Below, piece after piece: positions 53,893 to 64,000 of a stretch of 64,000 nt of DNA. The stretch is taken from contig MU008166.1 of NCBI GenBank assembly GCA_010909165.1, positions 62,001 to 126,000 on the forward strand. Direction: 5' to 3'. This DNA comes from Anthoceros angustus (Eukaryota; Plantae; Anthocerotophyta). Under the pieces are notes generated by a model. It had not been told where the DNA came from. It did not search any database and worked only from the letters and a program-made list of their open reading frames with translations. Each line of letters begins with the position of its first letter. The first letter of the stretch is position 1. The position numbers and the translations under genes are program-made.

Positions 53893-56800
53893 GGAAGACG
53901 CCCAACAAAATGCTTTGTGCCACTCACTGCATAGATGTGGGCTATGGACTTCCCTTGGGGGTTAGGAAATAAGTTGGGTTTTGTTTTTTTCGTAGGTCCG
54001 AAGTGTAAAATAAGGCGGAAAAGGAGGAATAAGCACGGACGGCACTCGGACCGGTTCGGAGTGCACTGACCGGAGTAGGTAACGGACCTTGCCACTACGA
54101 AGAACCTCGGACCGCCGCACGTATCGGATAAGTCCGGACCCCACTCCGGGTCAAAACAGGATAAGTACGCCAGGGAAAGTAACTTAGAAGTTGGTGCGTG
54201 AGTTAGACAGAGCGGCGCCACGTGGACGGCCCTGAATGGAAGACGGGCATGCAGCAGCAGACCGAGCTGCGCAAGAGGTGTATATTCACGCCCGCTGCAT
54301 CGCGATGCCAGAAGGCTGCAGGGTAGGCGGAAGCGTAAGGCGAGAGTAAGCCATGCAGGCTCCTGACAGTTACGGACAGCAAAGAGCCACCCCTCCGCGC
54401 GACGGTTACTTCCGACGGCGAGAGGCAAGGCGGAGGTCATTCTCCCAACTCCGATCTTCGCCGCTCGCCGACACCCTCTCGCTGTCTTTTGATCGCCTGC
54501 ACCTTCCGCACTCGCTGAGGAAGCAATTGACGCCGCGCCAAGGAGCGGACGATCATGGGAGCCTCACACTCCAACGGGATGTAAGGAGCGGAAGATGGGA
54601 CCCAAGAAAGCGGGCGGAGGTCCGGGCCATGGAACTTGGTGGAGCGCAACATTGTCACCCGCGCTATCCTGACTTCGGGCCGTGGGCCGGAGGAGGCGGG
54701 GAGTTGGTCGAGGAGTGGCACTGGACGCTTTCCAGTCAGTTCGACATTTGACAAGTGTCACCCTAGTCCGGAGTACGCTGAAGATGTTGGCCAGCCAACA
54801 AGGAGGTTCGTGGAGGTCCCGAGGCGTGTACAACCGCCCAATGGAAGAAATTGGGGCGAGTCCTAACCCCTCAAGGCCGAGGGAAGATAGAGGCGGCAAA
54901 GGCCGCCCATCGCCGAACGCAACGAACAACCAACGGCCGGTTGATGCCTGAGTTGCTGCAGTGAGGGGGCAAAGGCCGTGATAATTGTCCATCGAACATG
55001 CTCACCAAGGTAGATCACCTGGTGACAATCCGGTGTTCCCGCATGCGCCGCAGAGAGGAAGGCGGCGATCGGAAGGATCATCTTCGCCAGATCAATCGTG
55101 AAGCTCACAAGCCGAGGTGTGAGAAGCCTCCTCCGCCGCGCTATCGCTGCTCTAATTCATGTGGGGCACGCGAACCTCAAGGAGGGAGAAGAGGAGCGCC
55201 AGAGGAAGGGACCGCCGCCCACCGAGGCGTAAGGAAGAACCCAGAGGTGGAAGCCTGTCCCGAGTAAGAGAGCGCGGAGGAAGACGATCGGGAGGGAATC
55301 CTGCATTCCATACGCTTGAGCGGACTCCCTCGCCACCAAGGGAAGTGTGGAGGACATCCCCATCCCCAAGGAGGCGGAAGACGCCCAACAAAATGCTTTG
55401 TGCCACTCACGCATAGATGTGGGCTATGGACTTCCCTTGGGGGTTAGGAAATAAGTTGGGTTTTGTTTTTTCAGAGGTCCGTGTAAAATAAGGCGAAAAG
55501 GAGGAATAAGCACGGACGGCACTCGGACCGCCGCCCAAGGAGGCGGAAGACGCCCAACAAAATGCTTTGTGCCACTCACGCATAGATGTGGGCTATGGAC
55601 TTCCCTTGGGGGTTAGGAAATAAGTTGGGTTTTGTTTTTTCAGAGGTCAAGTGTAAAATAAGGCGAAGGAGGAATAAGCACGACGCACGGACGGTTCGGA
55701 GTGCACTCCGGACTCCGGAGTAGGTAACGGACCTTGAGCCCACTCGAGGACCTCCTGACCACGCACCGAGTCGGATAAGTCCGGACCCCACCCGGTCAAA
55801 ACAGGATAAGTACGCCAGGAAAGTAACTTAGAAGTTGGTCGTGAGTTAGACAGCGGCGCCACGTGGACGGCCCGAATGGAAGACGGCATGCAGCGACTGT
55901 AGCATTGCCGTGGGCCGCAGGCAGATATTCACGCCCGCATCGCGCATGAGGCGTGCAGTAGGCGGAAGCGTAAGGCGAGAGTAAGCCATGCAGCCCTCGA
56001 TAGTTACGGACAAAGAAGAGCCACCCCTCCGCGCGATTGCCACCGGCGAGGCAAGGCGAGGTCATTCTCCCAAGTAACTTCGCGATCTTCGCCGCTCGCC
56101 GACACCCGGCGTTGTCTTTTGATCGCCTGCACCTTCAGCACTCGACAGGAGGAAGCAATTGACGCCGCGCCAAGGAGCGGACGATCATGAGCCTCACACT
56201 CCAACAGGGATGTAAGGAGGAAGATGGGACCCAAGAAAGCGGGCGGAGGTCATTCTTCCAAACAACTTCGCCGATTCTCGCGCCTCGACACCCGGCCTCT
56301 GGCGTTGTCTTTTGATCGCCCCAGCATCCTTAGGCAGCCTCGACTTGGCGGAGGAAGCAATTGACGCCGCGCCAAGGAGCGGAAGATGGTGCCACCCGCC
56401 AACGGGATGTAAGGAGCGGAAGATGGGACCCAAGAAAGCGGAGGCGGGCGTAGCGGCGCTTGGTGGAGCGCAACATTGTCACCGCGCTATCCGGACTTCG
56501 GGCCGTGGGCCGGAGGAGGCGGGGAGTTGGTCGAGGAGTGGCACTGGACGCTTCCAGTCAGTTCGACATTTGATGGTCACCCTAGTCCGGAGTACGCTGA
56601 AGATGTTGGCAGCAGCCAACAAGGAGGTTCGTGGAGGTCCCGAGGCGTGTACAACCGCCCAATGGAGGAAATTGGGGCGAGTCCTAACCCCTCAAGGCCG
56701 AGGGAAGATAGAGGCGGCAAAGGCCGCCCATCGAAGCTGTGGACGCAACGAACAACCAACGCCGGTTGATGTCTGGAGTTGCCGACAGAGTGCGAGCAAA

Positions 56801-59800
56801 GGCCGTGATAATTGTCCATCGAACATGCTCACCAAGGTAGATCACCTTGGTGACACACTGGTGTTCCCGCATGCGCCGCAGAGGAAGGCGGCGATCGGGA
56901 AGGATCATCTTCGCCAGATCAATCGTGAAGCTCAAGCCGAGGTGTGAGAAGCCTCCGCCGACGCTATCGCTCTTAATTCATGTGGGCACGCGAACCTCCC
57001 AAGGAGGGAAGAGAGACCCCAAGGGACCGCCCCCACCGAGGCGTAAGGAAGAACCTAGAGGTGGAAGCCCGTCCCGAGCAAGAGAGCGGGAGGAAGACGA
57101 TCGGGAGGGAATCCTGCATTCCATACGCTTGAGCGGACTCCCTCGCCACCAAGGGAAGTGTGGAGGACATCCGCTTCCTCCTCCGTGCCCCACCGAGCAA
57201 AGGCAAGCAGGAGGCGGCCATGGGAGCCGGCCGCCCGACAGCACCGGCCACGACGGCACTGATGAGCCCCGACTGGACCCGAAGAGGCGGAAGATGGTGC
57301 CACCCGCCAACGCAGACTGACGGCGCCTGGTGCCTCGCCAACGGAGTGGCAAGAAGTCAAGAGGCGTGAGAAGGAAAGGGACGCCGCCCAAGGAGCGGGA
57401 GGCCACGCAGCCCCACCCGAGCCGGCCCTGCCTCCGACGGGAGAGGCAAGAGGGTCCCTCAACCCCTCACCCCTCCGAGCCCTGTGGAGAAAGAGGGCGA
57501 ACAAGGAATTGGCCAAGAGGGCCAAAGAAGGTGAGGCTCCTGACTGTGGACCTAAGGGTCTGATTAGGTCCGAGAGCCCACCGACTCGCCCGGATCATGG
57601 TATGGAGGTCCTCGGATCGAGATGCCCGCCCACAACGGACTTGGGGGCCTCACTGGCGCGTGGAAGAGACACGGGTCCTGCCACCATGGACGATGCCTGG
57701 GGTCTCGCGGCCGAGAAGACCTGTGGAGGTGGAAGCCAAGGAGGCGATGGTGCCCTCCAGAGCAGATGGAGGCGCCCAGAGGCGAGGAGGAAGGCAAGCC
57801 TCGGCCGCATCGAGGAGGGAAGCGCCGGAGGCGAAGGGAAGTCCGTCCATTCGACAGATCGACTAAGTTTCTTCAGGAGCAGGTCGGGTGTGGAGGCCCA
57901 AGCACGGGCCGAGGATCTCGCCAACTAAGGAGGAGGCGCAGCAGAGGCGAGAGGCTCGCGACCGGCCGCCCAACATGACGCCGAGGCTCACCAAGGCCAT
58001 GAAGCGGAAGCCACCAAGGTCGACCGGATCACTATCGACGATCGAACCGGTGGAGGGAGACGGTAGCCGCGCCAACCTCAAGGCCGAGCAAAGCGGCTGA
58101 GCAAGCACGGCCGAGCCGTGAGGAGGCGCTGGAGGTCAAGACCGGGAGATCGGGGACCTCAGCAGGAGGTAGAAGGGCGCGCAGGAGCCGGAGGACAAGA
58201 AGGATTTTGAGCCGCAACTCCAAGACGGAAAGCAGGGGTTCTCAACGAGAGAATCCAAGACTTCGAGGAGATAGAGCCTCACGCTTGAAGACGGAGGAGA
58301 ATAGGCGACTGCAAGGAGTTTGACGCGAGGCCGCAGCAGGAGGTGGAAGCCCGCCCGTCCGAGCAAGAGAGCGCGGAGGAAGACGATCGGGAGGGAATCC
58401 TGCATTCCATACGCTTGAGCGGACTCCCTCGCCACCAAGGGAAGTGTGGAGGACATCCCCGCTTCCTCCTCCTGGTGCCCCACCGAGCAAGCAGGAGGCG
58501 GCTCAGATGGAGCCGCCCGGCCCGACAGCCACCCACGACGGCACTGATGAGCCCCGACGACTGGGGTCAGAAGAGGCGGAAGATGGTGCCACCCGCCAAC
58601 GCAACACCTGACGGCGCCTGCGCCCTGCCCCCGCCAACGGAGTGGCAAGAAGTCAAGAGGCGTGAGAAGGCGGAAAGGGACGCCGCCCAAGGAGCGGAGG
58701 CCACCGGCACACCCGAGCCGGGTCCTGCCTCCGACGGGAGAGGCAAGAGGGTCAGCCTCAACCCCTCACCCCTCCGAGCCCTGTGGAGAAAGAGGCGAAC
58801 AAGGAATTGGCCAAGAGGGCCAAAGAAGGTGAGGCTCCTGACTCAGACTGTGGACCTAAGGGTCCCGATTAGGTCCGGAGAGCCAGCCCGGACTCGCCTC
58901 CCGATCAGGGTATGGAGGTCCTCGGATCGAGATGCCCGCCCACAACGGACTTCTGGGGCCTCACTGGCGCGTGGAAGAGACACGGCGGTCCACCCATGGA
59001 TCAGATGCTCGGGGTCTCGCGGCCGAGAAGACCTGTGGAGGTGGAAGCCACAAGGAGGCGATGGTGCTCCTCCAGAGCAGATGGAGGCGCCCAGAGGCGA
59101 GGAGGAAGGAAGCCTCGGCCGCATCGAGGAGGGAAGCGCCGGAGGCGAGGGAAGTCCGTCCATTCGACAGATCGACTAAGTTTCTTCACCGGGTGAGCAC
59201 AAGGCATGGAGGCCCAAGCACGGCCGAGGATCTCGCCAACGGCGAGGGAGGCGCAGCAGAGGCGAGAGGGCTCTGACCGGCTACCCAACGTATCGAGGCT
59301 CACCAAGGCGCGGGGAAGCGGAAGCCACAAAGGTCGACCGGATCACTATCGACGGAACCGGTGGAGGGAGACGGCTGGGCAGCTGCCAACCTCAAGGCCG
59401 AGCAGCAGAAGGAGCAAGCACGGCCGAGCCGTGAGGAGGCGCTGAGGTCGCACCCGGGAGATCGGGGACCCTGTGGTGCAGGAGGTAGAAGGGCGCAGGA
59501 GCCGGAGGACAAGAAGGATTTTGAGCCGCAACTCCAAGACGACGGAAAGCAGCAGGGGTTCTCAACGAGAATCCAAGACTTCGAGCGGAGATAGAGCGCC
59601 CAGCCCGCTTGAAGACGGAGGAGAATAGGCGACGGCAAGGAGTTTGACGCGAGGTCAGCAGGAGGTGGAGGAAGCCGTGAGCCTGACGGGATACCGCCCG
59701 CCCGGAGAAGGAAGAGCGACCTCCGGAAAGGATAAACGGAGGGAAGAAAGCACTGGAGGAGAAGCACGCCCGTCCCACATGTGAAGTGAGGGGAGCTCAC

Positions 59801-62397
59801 CCATGGCCCGCAACCGCAGAGCCGGAACAACGACGGAGGAGGAGAACGTCGAGCAGCAGCGAAGGCTGCAGGAGGTGACGGAGGCCGCCTTGACGGCATC
59901 AAGGGAGTCCGCCCGCCTACAGTTGGTAAGCTTGGCCACGGAGACGGGCCAGCAGGCCGGACAACATGCCCAGCTGCCGGAGCACCTCTGGAGGAGGGAG
60001 TACCGGGTGCTCCGGGCTCATGTGGAGGAGGCGATTCAACAAGTCGATTCCGACTTCGCCTATTACCACGCAGAGCTCCTCAAGGCTTTGAGGTCCCGCG
60101 CCACCCCAGTGGAGGGCGACTGCAAGGGCTCAAGGAGGAGCAAGGGAGGAAGGACCCGGGACAGCACACACGGGGACCCTAGGAGCGCTGCTTGATGAGA
60201 AGCAGCGAGGGAGAGCAAGGGAGGAGCCGGAGGAAGGGTCACTACACCGGAGGTAAGCACTGCACCCCGCACGGAAGGAAGGGAGGAGGACCCGGGAGGC
60301 TGGAAGGGCGCAACCGCATTCGAACCAAGGAGGGCTCTGGATGAGCCCGTGATCACCCGTGAGGAGGCGAATCCAGAGTTGCGGACTTTGTCCGGACTGA
60401 GGAAAGGCCGGCTCTCAAGTCCGCCTCAAGGAAGTCCGGACTTAGAGATCCAGATTTAGTGACGAGACGACCCCGAGGTCCGACTGTGGGAAGGGTTGGG
60501 TCCAAGACCGACCCTGAGGCAAGTCCGACCCCGAGGTCCGAACTCCGTAAAAGGAGGCCGGACAGGGGACCGGACCCCAGGGGAAGACCGACCTAGAGGT
60601 CCGGACCGAGTCGACGGGATACCGCCCGCCCGAGAAGGAAGTAGCGACCTCCGGAAAGGATAAACGGAGGGAAGAAAGCACGAGGAGAAGCAACCGCCGT
60701 CCCACATGTGAAGTGAGGGGAGCTCACCCATGGCTGAACCGCAAGAGCCGAACAACGGAGGAGGAGAACGCCGAGCAGCCAAGGCCGCAGGAGGTGACGG
60801 AGGCCGCCTTGGCATCAAGGGAGTCCGCCGCCCGCTGGTAAGCTTAGCCACGGAGCCACAGGGGACAACATGCCCACCGCCGAGCACCTCCGGAGGAGGG
60901 AGTACCGGTGCTCCGGCTCATGTGGAGGAGGCGATTCAACAAGTCGATTCCGACTTGCCTACTACCACGCAGAGCTCCTCAAGGCTCTGAGGTCCCGCGC
61001 CACCCCAGGCGTGGAGGGCGACTGCAAGGGCTCAAGGAGGAGCAAGGAGGAAGGACCCGGGACAGCAGCCCACGGGACCCTAGGAGCGCCTGCTTGACGA
61101 CAGAAGCAGGAGGTGGAGGAGAGCCGGAGGAGCCGGAGAAGGGTCACTACACCGAGGTAAGCACTGCACTCGCACGGAAGGAAGGGAGGAGGACCCGGGA
61201 GGCCGTGGAAGGGGCGCAACCGCATTCGGGAACCAAGGAGGGCTCTGGATGAGCCCGTGATCACCCGTGAGGAGGCGTACAGTGAGTGGTTCGACTTTGT
61301 CCGGACTGAGGAAAGGCCGGCTCAAGTCCGGCCTCAAGGAAGTCCGACTTAGAGATCCAGATTTAGTGACGGACCGACTCGAGGTCCTGACCTGTGGGAA
61401 GGGTTGGGTCCGTAAGACCGGACCCCAGAGGCAAGTCCGGACCCCGAGGTCCGAACTCCAGAAAGAAGGCCGGACTCAGGGGACCGGACCCCAGAGGGAA
61501 GACCGGACCTAGAGGTCCGGACCCCGGAGTCGAGACGGGGTCCTGAGGTCCCGACTCAGGGAGTGGGGAGAGCCACCAATCACCCAGAGATCACTTGAGG
61601 GCCCAGGGGCCCGCCAGAGATAAGAGAGGAGGGGAGGAGGACTTAGCAGATCGCCACCGCCGCCACGGCGCACCGGCTGCACTGGGAGAGGAAGGGGTCT
61701 CCGCGATCATCCGATTGCGCCGCAATGCCGTGTCGCGGGCAAAGAAGGAATAGGGCCATCCCACCACCGACGCCAAGATAGGAGGAATAGGAGAATAGTA
61801 GGCGCCGATTAAGGCACCGAGCTGGCCTCACCTAATAGAGGTGTAATAAAGGCGCCGACCGCATAGTATAAGAGGGCCGAGGTGCCCGAGTAAATCATCT
61901 TCTTGGTGTTGATGCTGCTCGCGCACTGCGCCTTCTTGCTAACGTGAGTCCCGAGTCATCGAAAGGTGCACGATGCCCGAGAGATCGATCAAGGTCCCGT
62001 GACGACCCCAACGGTAGTGGTGTGGTGGAAGAGCGATCGGGACCCTTGTTCGTCTGTGAGCGCCCGGGGCCGAATCCGACCGAACGTGAGCCGGAGGAAC
62101 TCCGGAGGCGGCAGAGTCTGACGGAGAGACCCAAGAGCGAGGAGGTCCGGATGCACCACTGCTTTTCCCAAGGTTGATGAGGGTAGTGAGAGTGGTGAGA
62201 GGAACGACTAGAGGAACGTGACGAGCGAAGATACGGACGCCGAACGGATCCTTAAACGCTTGGCCACACCGGCCCGTCGGACGCTACGGTAGTTAGCAAA
62301 ATGACGGATGTGTGTTGAGGCCGAACATAAAGTGAGGTGAGAATCGATTGAACGCTGCAAACGGAGCCTATCATTCTTTGGGAGCGGACTTTACTAC
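53893..62397. mobile_element. GC-rich, internally duplicated repeat block, probably retroelement-derived; family not established
   Basis: Sub-blocks recur in tandem (about 53893-55374 / 55375-55540 / 55541-57160; about 57080-58330 / 58340-59670; about 59690-60600 / 60615-61510), with GGACC/GGTCC-rich arrays and LTR-like ends (...CCCAACA, ...TACTACA at 62397). No RT, RNase H or integrase motif was seen. Confidence 0.5.
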
Positions 62398-62411
62398 AAC
62401 GACATTACGGA

Positions 62412-63760
62412 TTGTGCTACCGGCCGCCAAATAAAGTCGTTACAGAACGCCATGTCACCAAGAAAGTGCTTTGCAATCGAACCGTCGCCTTGGATGCGTT
62501 ATCAGGAGCAGCCATGTCCTCATTCCCCCGTTTGATTGTGCAGGCATACACTGGGGATGGTGAGGTTCAATCCCAATATCAAAGAGAACTTCCCGAGGTG
62601 CAATGGACGAGGAGAAGAGCGGACCTGAACGCCCCACCGAAGCGGCCGCATGTTCTGCCACAGGACATCCCCAGCTCCCCACGAGGCACTACGGGCCGCC
62701 AAGGTGTGCTTACTCACTTGCATTCTCATGGAGGTTGGATTTGTGAATTTAATCATCTCGTAGAAGTCTATGGCATACCAGTAGCGATTCACCCGACACG
62801 GCCGACATCACGGCCATCGGCCTCCCCTACCATTCCGAGGTGCCTGCCACGGACACCAAGAAATCTCAACCGGTATGCCGCGCTGGAGGGATCCCCATGC
62901 AAACAACGGTGTGAGCAAGCAGCTACCGCAAGAAACCAAGCCACTCGGGCTCCGAATCGTGGGGCGACTTGTTCATCCGGTGGAGTCCGACACTCACCAT
63001 CGCACGATCGAAGAATGCGGCAATAGACTGAATGAGGCGATTTCCGAGCACTCCAAGATCGGCGACCGCCATCTTATCACCCCAAACGGTGAGTGAGACT
63101 TTGGTGTCTGAGCTACGAGTGTCCGTGCCAAAAGAGGCGAGCTGGAGTCCCAATGAGGAAATGTGAAGTGGAAAGCATCAACATTGATTTGAAGGCATGT
63201 TGCAATCGGATGTGTCTCCACAGTTGACAAAAGAAAGGTTTCGTGAACAACGGTATCGCTATTTACGGATGGGGAGGCAGGAGCAGAAACATTTTGGAAT
63301 CCTCATACAAAGCAGCAAGAGCTGGGTAACGCAAAGTTATTACTCATCTTCCGGGCCGGATCCTTTCCGGCCGCTATGCTTCGAAGAGTGTATTGCCTCG
63401 CCACCAGATATGAAGAGTTGAAGAGTAGAGTCATCGAATGCACCGTGGGATGCCATGAGGTCAATAAAACAAATAGCCTCACCATGCCTTAAGTGCAATA
63501 GCCGGATGGACAATGCTTTCCAACATGGAGAGACTTCCAAATATCGAGGTCTTCAACCTACCCGACACATACACAAAACTAGAAATTTGGGGTGAATATA
63601 GGCGGCATTGTGAACAAAGAGGTCAGTATGTGACTTACGCGGTTCTTGAAGCTATGGAAAGGGCACTTCAAAGATTCCAAAGTCCAACAGATTCTCCACT
63701 TGCTCGCTCTACCGGATTGAAAACAACTATACAAATACAATCTCAAAGGTTGATCAAGGT
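62412..63760 (+). pseudogene. Degenerate Cys-rich DNA-transposase-like gene (5' part; continues toward the right edge)
   Basis: Across frames KACCNRMCL..VDKRKVREQRYRYLRMGRQEQKHF, AGW....MERLPNIEVFNLPDTYTKLEIWGEYRRHCE and LWKGHF.....P.DS.LAR....CKQL. This resembles the N-terminal architecture of eukaryotic DNA transposases of the DUF7869-associated type. Splice donor AAG/GTAAGT at about 63760. Confidence 0.5.
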
Positions 63761-64000
63761 AAGTAACATTCTTTTCCTTATCCCATGTTTTCCAAAGATA
63801 CCGAGGGTTGACCGCGAGGCCAAACCCTCAATGGCAGTGTTATGTCTACTATGTCAATATGCCCCGCTGGATGCCGAGGTGGACGCCTGACGCCGCCCAC
63901 CATACGCCCTGCACCATATGTCCTTAGGATTATGTGTGGATGGTTCCTGGTCATGAGGGCGCCGGCCGGGCGCCTCGGGTAACCCATGCATGTGCCTATC

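Noticed and set aside
53893-62397. Assignment to the Tat/Ogre clade or to Transposase_28
   Set aside because: The general GC-rich repeat style fits, but no diagnostic PBS, RT, integrase or PF04195 motif was visible.

Overview
Eukaryotic nuclear DNA from a non-seed land plant. A hornwort such as Anthoceros is my best guess, inferred from the compact GC-rich intron-containing genes and the long PLS-class PPR gene; this is not proven. The left ~36 kb is clean and gene-rich: TBCB (runs off the left edge), a PLS-E+ PPR gene, NDX, tRNA-Ala(UGC), a pseudogenised and an apparently intact divergent non-RD SnRK1alpha paralogue facing a canonical SnRK1alpha tail-to-tail, and a LISCL/SCL14-type GRAS gene. 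The right ~28 kb is repeat-rich and full of small indels and short tandem 'stutters', probably partly unpolished long-read assembly. It holds a duplicated DUF26 + nepenthesin-like aspartic protease module, a TIR-bounded Mutator-like SWIM transposon, an Athila-type LTR/PBS/gag remnant, a solo LTR with a perfect TSD, an unclassified GC-rich repeat block and a DNA-transposase-like remnant. The standout is a minus-strand, intron-containing gene (about 48.8-52.2 kb) encoding a ParB/Sulfiredoxin-like domain fused to a beta-class N4/N6 DNA amino-methyltransferase, a prokaryote/phage-type architecture. Its introns carry GGCGCC-(GGCC)n-GGCGCC palindromes that recur beside the transposase-like gene, which suggests a methyltransferase-carrying DNA transposon. 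All family assignments come from motif recognition by eye; no database search was run.
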